64,000 nt of DNA from Phototrophicaceae bacterium (GTDB taxonomy: Bacteria; Chloroflexota; Anaerolineae; Aggregatilineales; Phototrophicaceae): positions 501,859 to 565,858 of the forward strand of contig OZ252218.1 in NCBI GenBank assembly GCA_965249085.1, read 5' to 3'. This document shows, one piece after another, positions 10,148 through 19,937 of the stretch. The notes under the pieces are model-generated. The model had not been told where the DNA came from, did no database searches, and worked only from the letters and a program-made list of their open reading frames with translations. The translations under genes were made by a program, and so were the position numbers. The first letter of the stretch is position 1, and every line of letters starts with the position of its first letter.

Positions 10148-11092
10148 ATGATCCAAAGGCAACGCCCCCGACAGCGGATCAATATCCTGCCACAAGCGGT
10201 CTTTCTGTTTTTGACATTCGTGGCGGCCGTCAGCGGCACCTATGTCGCGCTGCGACTCTTCGGCGACGACACCGAACGGACGAATATTCCACAGATCATC
10301 ACCGTCGAGGTGATCATCACGGCGACTCCACTGCCGGCCCAGGTCACTACCGCGGCGCAGGACAGCGCCGACCGGCCACAGGTCGACTTACCGGCCGATA
10401 TCGCCGCCGAGACGGCCGATGACTCCCCCGCCGTGATCAACCCATCCGCGCTCGGTGCGCAAGATGTTGCCATCCGCACGCCGACCGTCGTCATCGCCGG
10501 CGGTCCCGCCTTTTCCCAGAACTGCCTCTACCACACCGTCATCAGTGGCGACACGCCCTTCGGTATCGCGCTGCGCTACGGGGCCGATTTCAACCTGATG
10601 TTGGAGGTCAATGGCCTGACGCAGGAATCCGCTACCAATCTGCAAATCGGCGATGTATTGACGGTGCCGCTGGAAGGCTGCGTTGTCGCGGGTGAGTCGG
10701 GCGAACCGGCACAGGTGGTATCCGGGGCACTGGAGAATCCGGCCGTCGCCGCCACCGTTACACCGGTCAACACGCAGTTCGAAATTCTGGAAGTCGAAGG
10801 CATTGGCGATATCACCGCGGAAAGCGTTCGGCTGCGCAATTTGGGCGACACATTAGATATCAGCAATTGGACAATTTCGGACTCAGAAGGCAATAGCTAC
10901 ACCTTCCTGGAAACGCTCCTATTCCCGGACAGCGCGATCGTGCTGTACACGCGCAGCGGAACGAGCACCTATGACGCCCGCTTCTGGGGACGGGATACAG
11001 CAGTCTGGGAAGCCGGTGAGGAGTTGACAATAAGCGATGCGCAGGGACGTATCCTGCAAACCTTGCAGCTTCCCGCGCCAACCGAGAGCTAA
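10148..11092 (+). CDS. Membrane-anchored LysM + lamin-tail-domain (LTD) protein
   Basis: ATG 10148 behind GGGAAGAG. It has an N-terminal TM (ILPQAVFLFLTFVAAVSGTYVAL) and a LysM (YHTVISGDTPFGIALRYGADFNLMLEVNGL...IGDVLTVP). The C-terminal FEILEVEG...VRLRNLGDTLDISNWTISDSEGNSYTF...VLYT is LTD-like. Confidence 0.65.
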   Translation: MIQRQRPRQRINILPQAVFLFLTFVAAVSGTYVALRLFGDDTERTNIPQIITVEVIITATPLPAQVTTAAQDSADRPQVDLPADIAAETADDSPAVINPSALGAQDVAIRTPTVVIAGGPAFSQNCLYHTVISGDTPFGIALRYGADFNLMLEVNGLTQESATNLQIGDVLTVPLEGCVVAGESGEPAQVVSGALENPAVAATVTPVNTQFEILEVEGIGDITAESVRLRNLGDTLDISNWTISDSEGNSYTFLETLLFPDSAIVLYTRSGTSTYDARFWGRDTAVWEAGEELTISDAQGRILQTLQLPAPTES

Positions 11093-11128
11093 GCGCCCAA
11101 TGCAAGAAACAAACGTGTACGTCTGGCT

Positions 11129-11596
11129 ATGAAACGCTGGGAGCGAATCGTCGATCAACTCGTGACCGATGCGATCGGTAATGGCGATGTATCACATCTG
11201 CCCGGCGCGGGCGTGCCATTAAGACTGGACGACGGGAACCACACGCCAGACGAGTGGCGAATGGCCTTCAAGATCATGAATGATCAGGAGGTATTGCCCG
11301 ACTGGATAGCGACCGGGAAAGCACTTGAACAGCAGGAACTGGAATTACGGAAACAGATCGCGGATCGAGCCCGACTCTATCGGGACCGTTTGCAACTTGC
11401 AGACGCGGATCGCGGTTGGGAACATTACAAACAAAAGACGCGCCAACGTATCCGGCGCCACAATCGTGAAATATTGCTGCTAAACTTGAAGTTGCCCGCC
11501 GGCTTGCCCCACCGGCCGATTTTGAACCCGACAACGGTGATCAAGCAAGCGATAGAATCAATTTCGGCGGACGCGGATTCAGACAGCCCGAATTAA
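11129..11596 (+). CDS. DUF1992 (DnaJC28-like) domain protein
   Basis: N-terminal WERIVDQLVTDAIGNGDVSHLPGAGVPLRLDD matches the DUF1992 signature (W..i.e.I..A...G.f.nLPG.GkPL). Confidence 0.65.
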   Translation: MKRWERIVDQLVTDAIGNGDVSHLPGAGVPLRLDDGNHTPDEWRMAFKIMNDQEVLPDWIATGKALEQQELELRKQIADRARLYRDRLQLADADRGWEHYKQKTRQRIRRHNREILLLNLKLPAGLPHRPILNPTTVIKQAIESISADADSDSPN

Positions 11597-11775
11597 GCTT
11601 GTTCCGGCTGGTTGCTGTCTTCGCTCTCGCCCTTGGCGCCTTGCTGCAGTCCTTTGCGGAAGTTCGCCACAGCCGAGCCTAGCTCGCCGCCGATCCGCGA
11701 GACGCGTCCCACGCCAAAAAGCAGCACAACAATTACGAGGATAATAATCAGTTCGGTCGGTCCCAAGCTGCCCAT
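11593..11775 (-). CDS. tatA: Twin-arginine translocase subunit TatA/E
   Basis: 60 aa. MGSLGPTELIIILVIVVLLFGVGRVSRIGGELGSAVANFRKG shows a TM helix, an FG hinge and an amphipathic helix. Confidence 0.85.
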   Translation of the reverse strand: MGSLGPTELIIILVIVVLLFGVGRVSRIGGELGSAVANFRKGLQQGAKGESEDSNQPEQA

Positions 11776-11967
11776 AGAATAATCCTACTCTCTTGCTTCA
11801 GTCTGAGTGACATTATAACACGCATTCCCAAGTTATCGATATTCGATCTCAGACACTGGAGGCGTCGCGGCATGCGCCTTGCTCGTCTTGCGCCTCAGCA
11901 GCAGCGTGGCGCCCGCTGAGGCATGCTATAATCAAGCGAGAGCAAGCTCTGGACGAGATCGTCGCTG

Positions 11968-13836
11968 ATGCAGAACGACTTCCGGTTGGAGAGCATCCCG
12001 TTTTTCTCCAGCCTTAACCCAACCCAATTGGAACGGGTGCGTGCCACGCTCGCAACAGAACACTATCGCGCCGGCGAGGACATCTTCGTACAAGGGGCGC
12101 CGGCCGATGGCATGGTCATGCTGATCTCTGGGCAAGCCGTTCTATTTCGTACCGATGCCGACGGCAGCCAGACGCCACTGGCCACCATCTCCGCCAATCA
12201 GAGCCTGAATCAGGAAGCGCTCTTTTCCGAAGCCCTTCAATCCGCCACCATGCGCGCGGCGCAGCCGGTTACGCTGCTAAAGCTGACCCGCTTAGCATTC
12301 TCGCAGCTGCTGGTGGAGCATCCCGATTTGCGGCTCGCCTTTGGCCTTGCTGACGCCGGCGAGACAGAACCGCCGATCAATCCACGTTTTGCCGAACAGC
12401 GGGAGGACGAAGAGATCCTGATCCAGACGCATCGCCACTGGTGGTCCTTCCTGCGAACCGCCTGGCTTCCCCTCTTTCTGATGCCGGCAATGTGGGTCGG
12501 CGCCTTTATTGCCGAAATACAGATGCTGTCGCTCGGCTTGCTGGCGCTCTCGCTGATATTGCCGGGCCTGGCGCTGGTCTATTTCTATCTGGAGTGGCGC
12601 AACGATTCTGTCATTGTCACCGACCAGCGGATCATTCGCATTAATCGGACGATCCTGGCAATGTATCGTCAGATCACACAAGTCGGCCTGGAGAGCGTGC
12701 AAGAGATCAACTTCGATATCCCAGCCTACGATCCCTTCGCCCGACTCTTCCGCTATGGCACGGTCATCGTCAAGACGGCCGGCGCCCAAGGCAATCTGGA
12801 TTTGGATTTCATGCCGAGGCCGGAACAGTTTCAGAAGCTGATTATCGAAGACCGTCAGTATTTCGAGCAGCGCCAGGCGCAGCGCCATCACAAGATGGTA
12901 CGCGCCGAAATGCAGAGTTGGATCGATGGGGACGCCAGCGAAGCTGACGACCTATTTGCCAGCGCATCATCCGACGAGCCGCCAACGCCGGTTCGTGGCA
13001 CAAATGGCTATCTCAGTAACCGCATCAAGATGAGTAATGGCGATATCGTCTATCGCAAACATGCGAGCGTCTGGGCACAGCACACCGCCATACCGTTAGC
13101 TATTATTCTGATTTCGCTTACCGTACTGCTGCTGACGTTTACTGTCGTCAGCGCCGATTTGCGGATCGTCACTTTCCCGGTTGGCATGGTCGGGCTGTTA
13201 GTCGGCTGCCTCGGTTACTACTGGATGGACTGGGATTGGCGGAATGATCTCTACATCATCTCCGATGACACGATCACCTTGGTCCACAAGCGCCCCTTCT
13301 TTCTGCAAAATCTGCGGGACCAAATCCTGGTCGAGCGGATCGACAACGTGGAATCCGTCTCGAGCGGAATCTTCGCCGCTATCATGAAATACGGCGATGT
13401 GCGCATGTCACTGGTTGGCGCCGACGAACCGAAGATGTTTCATCGGGTGTCCAAGCCGCAGGAGGTTCAACAAGAAATCTCCCGCCGTCAGCACAACAAA
13501 GCGCAGCGCCGTGCCCGTTATGATGCCATGCAGCAGCGGCAAATCCTGGGCGAATACTTGGGAACAGTCAATGGCGGCAACTTGCCAGGCAATCCGACCG
13601 GCCTTCCCCATAACCAGTCAGCGGCTGCGATAGCGTCTTCCGCCGCCCAACAAGGCGGGGTCGCAAATGATGGGGCTATCCGACCGGCGAGCAATCAGGA
13701 CCGCAACCGGCCGCCGCGCCTGCCACGCAAATTGCAGACGCCCGCAAATCGCAGCGCATCCCCTGATTCTTCTGTTGTAGATGGTGAGGGTTCACGCCGC
13801 CCGCAGCGCTTCCGCACAGATCAAGACGAAGCCTGA
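11968..13836 (+). CDS. Cyclic-nucleotide-binding domain protein with two membrane-embedded bPH_2 (YdbT-like) modules
   Basis: N-terminal cNMP-binding fold (FFSSLNPTQLERV...YRAGEDIFVQGAPADGMVMLISGQAVLF). It is followed by two TM-pair + PH-like units (EWRNDSVIVTDQRIIRINR...; DWRNDLYIISDDTITLVHK...) and a low-complexity basic tail. Confidence 0.7.
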   Translation: MQNDFRLESIPFFSSLNPTQLERVRATLATEHYRAGEDIFVQGAPADGMVMLISGQAVLFRTDADGSQTPLATISANQSLNQEALFSEALQSATMRAAQPVTLLKLTRLAFSQLLVEHPDLRLAFGLADAGETEPPINPRFAEQREDEEILIQTHRHWWSFLRTAWLPLFLMPAMWVGAFIAEIQMLSLGLLALSLILPGLALVYFYLEWRNDSVIVTDQRIIRINRTILAMYRQITQVGLESVQEINFDIPAYDPFARLFRYGTVIVKTAGAQGNLDLDFMPRPEQFQKLIIEDRQYFEQRQAQRHHKMVRAEMQSWIDGDASEADDLFASASSDEPPTPVRGTNGYLSNRIKMSNGDIVYRKHASVWAQHTAIPLAIILISLTVLLLTFTVVSADLRIVTFPVGMVGLLVGCLGYYWMDWDWRNDLYIISDDTITLVHKRPFFLQNLRDQILVERIDNVESVSSGIFAAIMKYGDVRMSLVGADEPKMFHRVSKPQEVQQEISRRQHNKAQRRARYDAMQQRQILGEYLGTVNGGNLPGNPTGLPHNQSAAAIASSAAQQGGVANDGAIRPASNQDRNRPPRLPRKLQTPANRSASPDSSVVDGEGSRRPQRFRTDQDEA

Positions 13837-13860
13837 CGAATTTGGCCGGTGAGCCAAACT

Positions 13861-14973
13861 TCATAGATCCAGCCGCATGTGCCATAGCTCGCGCTTGACC
13901 GTAAACTGATGGTATTTCAGCAAATCGTTGACTGCTTCGTCATCGCGTGGATGCTCAAACACGATGGTGGCGCGGTTGAAGCGGGAGACTATATTGTTGA
14001 CCAACGCCTCGGCATACGGTCGCGGGTCAATTTGCGGCGAGGTGAAGAGCCGCGCGCGGATACTGCCGAAACTCGCCTCCTTTTCCAGCCAGCATGACGC
14101 CAGGATTTCTTCGCTGTTTTCGTCGCGGATGATGAGCCGCTCGACACTATTCAGCGATACGAGATCGAGAAGTCGCTTCCAAGGCGGGGAATAAAACGCG
14201 GATTTGTGAACCGGCTTGAGCCAGCCCAGTCCGCCGCGTTGGTTCGGGCGCGCGGCTTCTGCCAAGGCGTATTCTGACGCCCACTCGCCAGGACGCAACC
14301 GCGTGATGTGAAAACGGCGATCGGCTGACGCGGGTGAGCGCAAGAAACCGCTGCGGCGCCAAACTTGCCAGGCGCGTTCGTAGCAGAAACCATGCCTCTC
14401 GTAGAGCCGCTGCGCCGGGATGTTGTTGAAGTTTACTTGCAAGATAACGCGCGCTGCCCAGCGCTTGCGAATCATCATGAGACTGGCATCCATCAATTCA
14501 TGCGCGATGCCACGCCGCTGAAAATCCGGATGTACACCGACATTGGCAAGGATGCAGGTCTCGCCCAGTTCCTTCGGAAAATTTGCCGGGTACAAGGACA
14601 CGTTGCCAATCAGCTTGCCATCCTTGACATAGACAAAACCGAGGCTGATGCCTAGCGCGAGTTCGTTCATCCGCGCGATCAGGTTAAGCCCGTATCCCAA
14701 GTGACTGAGATAACGCATTTCGCGAACGGCGGACCGCCCGTAGGTATCCATCGAGTCAACAAAAACGAGTTCGATGAGATCCGCCAGCGGGCGCAGGTCT
14801 GTACGTAGATTGACCGGCCGGACGCCATCCTGCTCAACAGTTGGCGCCGTCATTGGCCGTGCGCTGATACGAGTCACAATTGTGCGTTTCCCAACGCTAT
14901 CACGTTCCAATTCCTGTCGGCAGGCTGGCAGGCCAGACGACGCGACTAGCTCGCACCTTCGGGTGCACTCCAC
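13861..14973 (-). CDS. GNAT family N-acetyltransferase (two-lobed)
   Basis: Acetyl-CoA motif VHPDFQRRGIAHELM. The GTG start at 14973 has a strong GGAGG 7 nt upstream; an alternative ATG at 14853 has a weak RBS. Confidence 0.7.
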   Translation of the reverse strand: MECTRRCELVASSGLPACRQELERDSVGKRTIVTRISARPMTAPTVEQDGVRPVNLRTDLRPLADLIELVFVDSMDTYGRSAVREMRYLSHLGYGLNLIARMNELALGISLGFVYVKDGKLIGNVSLYPANFPKELGETCILANVGVHPDFQRRGIAHELMDASLMMIRKRWAARVILQVNFNNIPAQRLYERHGFCYERAWQVWRRSGFLRSPASADRRFHITRLRPGEWASEYALAEAARPNQRGGLGWLKPVHKSAFYSPPWKRLLDLVSLNSVERLIIRDENSEEILASCWLEKEASFGSIRARLFTSPQIDPRPYAEALVNNIVSRFNRATIVFEHPRDDEAVNDLLKYHQFTVKRELWHMRLDL

Positions 14974-15185
14974 TCACCTGCCTCCACTAAGCCTACGACC
15001 TGCCAACTTGCCTGTCAAGCGAAGCCGCAGCCAAGACCGCCGCGCTCGCGAATTGGGCGATACTGTCCAGCGGGCGTTGACGTTTACATAACGTCGCCTT
15101 GTCGATTACCATAATATTGTATAGAACAGTTAGACTGATACAGCGGTTCGCGGCAAAGCATTCAACACAGCGAAGGAGATCATGC

Positions 15186-16604
15186 ATGTCCTACAGGCCG
15201 ATCGGAGCACGGCGTAACCGCAGCGCCGCCTGGCAATGGGGACTAATCGGTTTCATTCCGGGTCTGTTCTGCGGCGTCATTGTCATGGCCGCTATCTTGC
15301 TCGAGGGCACGCTGACAGAATTCATCCTGCCGACGCCGGCGCCACAGGTGTTTACAACCGTCGTACATGTCGTCATGACGGCGACAGAAGATCCCAATCA
15401 ACCGCCGGCGACGCCAATTTCTCAGTTTGTTGTGGTCACCGCCACGCCCGACGCGGCGGCCGGCAATCAGGTTGCCGTACAAGGGCAACAAGAGCCAACG
15501 CGCGAGATTGTTTCCGTACAGGTGCAGTCGACCGCCCTACCGACTGATGTTCCCACGCAGATTCTGCCGCCGACTGCCGTGCCAGTCCGCGCGGTTCTGG
15601 CCATTCTCGAAAGTACGCGCAGCCTCGCCGTTACGATTCCCGGTGGTGTTTTCACTGTGGGTACGACGCCGGTGGAAGTGGCGGAAGCGGTCAACGAATG
15701 CATTCGCGATGGCGGAACTTGTGAGGCAAGCTACGCTGAGGATTCTTTTCCGGCACACGAGGTCATGGTCGATTCCTACCTGTTGGAAACGACGGAAGTC
15801 ACCTTCGAGCAGTACGTCACATTTCTCAACGTACGCGGACCGGACACCCACATCAATGGTTGCGCCGGCTTTCCCTGCATCCAAACGCAAAACGAGAGCC
15901 TGGACGCTCCCATCACCTTTGACGGCGCCAATTACAGCATCGGCGTCGGCTTGTCGCAGCATCCCGTCTACGGCGTGACCTACTATGGCGCGCTCGCCTA
16001 CTGCGAAGCTGTTGGTCGCCGCCTGCCGACCGAGGCCGAATGGGAGCGGGCGGCCCGCGCCGACGACGACCGGATTTTCCCTTGGGGCAATCGCTGGGAC
16101 AGTGCCTTGGCCAAGACCAACCGCCCCTTGGACACGCCGCCCGGTTCCTTCCCCGTGGGCAGTTATCCGCTCGGGGCAAGCATTTATGGCGTCTATGATA
16201 TGGCCGGCAATGTGGCCGAATGGGTGAGCGACTGGTACAGCGAACGTTATTATCAGGAGCAGGCCGCCTTGGGTATGTCGGACAACCCCAGCGGCCCGTT
16301 GGCCGGTCAACAGAAAGTGCTGCGGGGAGGGTCCTGGAACGGTGTGCCATTCTTCAGCCGCGCGATGCATCGCCAATCGGAATACCCGGGCGAGTATCAG
16401 CGCTGGATCGGTTTTCGCTGTGCTGAAGACCCGCCTAATACGGACGCCATCGGCAGCTCAAACCTGAATCCCGCGACCTTGGGCGTCGATGTGCCGGCCG
16501 CCCCGCCCCAAACGACCGGCGTCATCAACGCGCAGCCGACACTGCCATCACCGCCGGAAGCCAATCGATCAGACGACACCGGCACATCGAATTCTGCCGG
16601 ATAA
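15186..16604 (+). CDS. Membrane-anchored formylglycine-generating-enzyme (SUMF1/FGE-sulfatase) family protein
   Basis: ATG 15186 behind AAGGAGA. It has a TM (WGLIGFIPGLFCGVIVMAAILL) and a Pro/Thr/Val-rich linker. The FGE domain motifs are HPVYGVTYYGALAYCEAVGRRLPTEAEWERAAR, GNVAEWVSDWY and RGGSW. Confidence 0.8.
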   Translation: MSYRPIGARRNRSAAWQWGLIGFIPGLFCGVIVMAAILLEGTLTEFILPTPAPQVFTTVVHVVMTATEDPNQPPATPISQFVVVTATPDAAAGNQVAVQGQQEPTREIVSVQVQSTALPTDVPTQILPPTAVPVRAVLAILESTRSLAVTIPGGVFTVGTTPVEVAEAVNECIRDGGTCEASYAEDSFPAHEVMVDSYLLETTEVTFEQYVTFLNVRGPDTHINGCAGFPCIQTQNESLDAPITFDGANYSIGVGLSQHPVYGVTYYGALAYCEAVGRRLPTEAEWERAARADDDRIFPWGNRWDSALAKTNRPLDTPPGSFPVGSYPLGASIYGVYDMAGNVAEWVSDWYSERYYQEQAALGMSDNPSGPLAGQQKVLRGGSWNGVPFFSRAMHRQSEYPGEYQRWIGFRCAEDPPNTDAIGSSNLNPATLGVDVPAAPPQTTGVINAQPTLPSPPEANRSDDTGTSNSAG

Positions 16605-16625
16605 ACGGTCTTCAGGAGAGGGCAT

Positions 16626-17555
16626 ATGAGCGGTGACTACGTATTGGTGATAGGTTCAGCAGTGCTGGAAATGAGCGCCCGTCCAACGGAAGTATTGCGC
16701 CAGGGCGCCCGCCAAGATGGACATATCCACTCCTCGGTCAGCGGCGTCGCCCGCAATATCGCTGAGAATCTGGCCCGCCTCGATATCGAAACCGTCCTGC
16801 TCGCCGCTATCGCCGACGATGATATCGGTCAGCATTTGATCACACATTCGACCTTGGCCGGCATCGATTGCAGCCACGTGATGCGCGTGAGCGGGGCCCA
16901 TTCTGCCGCCTCGACGCTGCTCTATGAGTCAGAGGACAATTGTACGCGGATCGATGATCTCAGCATCGCCGACGCCCTGGATTCTGACTATCTGCTAGAG
17001 CACGAATGGCTATTCGAGAATGCCGCCTTGGTTGTCATCGATGCGACACCGTCTGAAGATGCGCTCGATACCCTGTTTGAGCTGGCGTTGCGACACCAGG
17101 TTCGCGTTTGCGCCGATCCCACATCGCCGCTCATGGCGAACCGCCTGAGTAATTACATCCCAAATCTTTACCTCATCGTGCCGAACGCCAGTGAAACGGC
17201 CGCGCTTTGTTCACTGGATGAGCCGGCGACAGAGCGCGAGTCCGCCATCGGAACGGCGCAGCATCTCGTTAATATGGGCGCCAAGATCGCGGTCGTCACC
17301 CTGGGAGAGCACGGACTGGCTTACGCGGACAGCAGCGGCGGCGGCTATATTCGCGCGATTCACACAGACGTTGTTGATACATCCGGCGCTGGCGACGCTT
17401 TTTCCGGCGCGGCCATCTTCGGCATACTCAACGATGTTCCGATCGACGAGGCGATGCGCCTCGGTGTGACCGCCGCCTCCCTCACGCTCGCCAGCGAAGA
17501 TACGGTGCTGCAATCGCTCAGCCAGGAGCTTCTCTACGACGAGCTTTCGGCGTGA
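16626..17555 (+). CDS. PfkB-family carbohydrate kinase
   Basis: The ribokinase-like C-terminal motif DTSGAGDAFSGAAIFG is present; RBS is GGAGAGGG. Confidence 0.8.
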   Translation: MSGDYVLVIGSAVLEMSARPTEVLRQGARQDGHIHSSVSGVARNIAENLARLDIETVLLAAIADDDIGQHLITHSTLAGIDCSHVMRVSGAHSAASTLLYESEDNCTRIDDLSIADALDSDYLLEHEWLFENAALVVIDATPSEDALDTLFELALRHQVRVCADPTSPLMANRLSNYIPNLYLIVPNASETAALCSLDEPATERESAIGTAQHLVNMGAKIAVVTLGEHGLAYADSSGGGYIRAIHTDVVDTSGAGDAFSGAAIFGILNDVPIDEAMRLGVTAASLTLASEDTVLQSLSQELLYDELSA

Positions 17556-17574
17556 GCGCTTGGAGTATGCTGGC

Positions 17575-18474
17575 TTAGGCCGTCACGCTAGGATAACGAT
17601 CAAGCACCCAGCGCAGCAGAATAAAATGCCCGGCCAGGCCGGCGAATCCGCCATATTCGCCTAACGTATCGACAACCTGTGCCGCGCTTTTCTCCCCTTC
17701 GCCGGCGAAGAAGTAATGCCGCAGCGCCGCTTGCAAAGCGACATCGTTTTGACTGACAAAGGGATATTGACCCAGCGCCCGTCCGATTACATTGCTCGCC
17801 GTCCAGTGTCCGACGCCCGCGATCATCATGAATCGATCGTAGGCGACTTGCGTCTCTACGCGCCGAATGGACTCAAGATCAAGCTGCCCGCTACAGACCG
17901 CCTGCGCGATATCGATGATCAGCGCCGACCGACGATCCGTGATCTTGAGCGCCTTCAGTTGCCTTGGCTCCAGCTCGGCCAACTGACTTGGCGCGGGAAA
18001 GTCGTAGACCGTCTGTCCATTTACCGAAACACCGCCACTGAAGAGGGACATCAGTTGGCGCTGCGACCGCATTGCTGTTTTCCAGGTGATATGCTGCTCA
18101 ATGACAAGCGTGATCAGCGCTTCAAAGACCGACTCCGTGCAAATGATCGGCAAGCCCGCCAGCGGTTCGATGGCGCGCCATAGCTTCTCGTCAGTTTGGG
18201 CAAAGTCATAGAACGTAGTCAAGTCTCGGCACAGGCCCAAAAAGTGCAGCGAGGTCCGTCGAATTCTGGTTTCGTTTTCCGCCGACAGTCCGGCGCCGGT
18301 AACAACTATGGCGTCATCCGTCCGCCTGTACGACAGCAGTTGACCGTCAGTGAAGCGCCACAGCGTGTCCTGATCGACGACCATTCGCGCCGGGTAGGCG
18401 ATGCGCTTGACAAATTCCAGGAGCAATTCAAATCGGTAGGCATGTGCCGGCAATGGCAGGCGGAGTTGCCTCAT
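17575..18474 (-). CDS. HhH-GPD family DNA glycosylase (AlkA-like 3-methyladenine glycosylase II)
   Basis: The helix-hairpin-helix region MMIAGVGHWTASNVIGRALGQYPFVSQNDVALQ carries the conserved Asp. Size and AlkA-like N-terminal domain also fit. Confidence 0.65.
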   Translation of the reverse strand: MRQLRLPLPAHAYRFELLLEFVKRIAYPARMVVDQDTLWRFTDGQLLSYRRTDDAIVVTGAGLSAENETRIRRTSLHFLGLCRDLTTFYDFAQTDEKLWRAIEPLAGLPIICTESVFEALITLVIEQHITWKTAMRSQRQLMSLFSGGVSVNGQTVYDFPAPSQLAELEPRQLKALKITDRRSALIIDIAQAVCSGQLDLESIRRVETQVAYDRFMMIAGVGHWTASNVIGRALGQYPFVSQNDVALQAALRHYFFAGEGEKSAAQVVDTLGEYGGFAGLAGHFILLRWVLDRYPSVTA

Positions 18475-19637
18475 TCCACGGGACCGGGTTCGGGAGCATC
18501 CTCGGACGGCGCGGCAGCAGTCCCCGCACTTTCCATCTGTTCAAGCAGATCGAGCTGGCTCTGATAACGGCGGCGCGCCAACTGCCGTAAATCGGCAACG
18601 GCGTCAGATTCATCCAGAATTTCAATGCCAAGGAGCGTCTCGACTATGTCCTCCAAGGTGATCAAACCAGCGGTGCCGCCGTATTCATCAATGACCAGAA
18701 AGAGGTGATCTTGCTTCGCGATGAATTCGTCGAGCACTTGCGCCACCGAATTGGTCTCCGGAACCACGTCCAATTTTAGCGCGATCTCTCGCAACATCAC
18801 GCCGATTTCATCAGCGGCCGCTCGTTTGTAGATCTCGTGACGCAGGACATATCCTTTGATATCGTCCGCCGACTCACCATATACAGGGATTCGAGAAAAG
18901 GGCAGAAAGGGATACGAGCGCATGATCTCGCCGACAGTCTGATCTTCCGGAAACATCACCATGACGGTGCGCGGTGTCATGACCGTCTCCACCTGCACCT
19001 CCGCCAGTTGCAGCAGGTTGGTGACGATGCGGTTCTCCCGTTCTCGTATGCCGCCTTCTTGGGCGCTGATACGGGCCATCACCTGTAATTCCGAACGCGT
19101 CACGGTCGGCGCGTCTTCGCTCGGCCGCATAGACCGCGTGACGAACTCAAATGCGAATACGGCCGGCCGGAATACCCAGAGGAGCGCCCGCAGCGAATAA
19201 GCAGTAAATGGCGTTAGCTGCTTGGCGTAAACCGCACCCAAGGTCTTCGGGATAATCTCGGAGAATACAAGGATCAGCAGCGTCAGTACGGCCGAGATGA
19301 TGCCGAAGAATTCGCTGCCAAATATGGCGGTAGCCTCGGCGCCGGCGCCGGCAGCGCCAACCGTGTGGGCGATCGTATTTAAGGTCAGGATGGCCGAAAT
19401 GGGATGTTCCACATTTTGGCGCAGTCCCTGCATGATGACACCGGCTTCACTGCCCTGTTGCACCAGCAATTCGATATGAGACACCGGCGTGGAAAGCATA
19501 GCCGCTTCCCAGATCGAACACAGGAACGAGACGCCAAGCGCAATGACGACGTAGAATATCAGCGCGCTCCATTCGCCCGCGCCCACTGCGCCAGTACCGG
19601 CCGCTAATATTGGAATTCCAGAGAAGAAGGTGTCCAT
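18471..19637 (-). CDS. CNNM/DUF21 transmembrane + CBS-pair hemolysin-family (CorB-like) protein
   Basis: N-terminal DUF21 TM region (LSTPVSHIELLVQQGSEAG), SEIIPKTLG, and a tandem CBS region (VMTPRTVMVMF...GGTAGLITLEDIVE). It overlaps the downstream gene by 4 nt. Confidence 0.8.
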   Translation of the reverse strand: MDTFFSGIPILAAGTGAVGAGEWSALIFYVVIALGVSFLCSIWEAAMLSTPVSHIELLVQQGSEAGVIMQGLRQNVEHPISAILTLNTIAHTVGAAGAGAEATAIFGSEFFGIISAVLTLLILVFSEIIPKTLGAVYAKQLTPFTAYSLRALLWVFRPAVFAFEFVTRSMRPSEDAPTVTRSELQVMARISAQEGGIRERENRIVTNLLQLAEVQVETVMTPRTVMVMFPEDQTVGEIMRSYPFLPFSRIPVYGESADDIKGYVLRHEIYKRAAADEIGVMLREIALKLDVVPETNSVAQVLDEFIAKQDHLFLVIDEYGGTAGLITLEDIVETLLGIEILDESDAVADLRQLARRRYQSQLDLLEQMESAGTAAAPSEDAPEPGPVE

Positions 19638-19937
19638 GCTGATAAGCTAGCGGGCAACCGGTTGGCAGGCAACCGTTCCCGAAAATACAGATATGCCAAG
19701 CATAGCAATCAAGTGAACTGTGCACAAGTTGTAAGGAAACCAGACAATGCAGCATCGACCCTGGCGAATCCGTTTGAATGTCACAACGGAATCGTCCGCG
19801 CCAGCGTCGCTTCCCGCCAGACGCAGGTCATTAAGGATTTGAGGGGCTATCGACGCTGCAATCGCTGGAAGTTCGGCGCGCAGGCCGACATGCGCACAGC
19901 CGAGACTGTTGCCGCGGTGGAACAGACCATGGCACGC

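Noticed and set aside
13231-13242. The 12-mer TGGGATTGGCGG is repeated at 13231-13242 and 26399-26410 and shares an 11-mer with the intergenic sites at 35521 and 55422.
   Set aside because: Both coding copies simply encode W-D-W-R in frame in unrelated proteins (a bPH module and an SDR). There is no extended flanking similarity, so I treat them as coincidence. They also weaken the significance of the intergenic motif.
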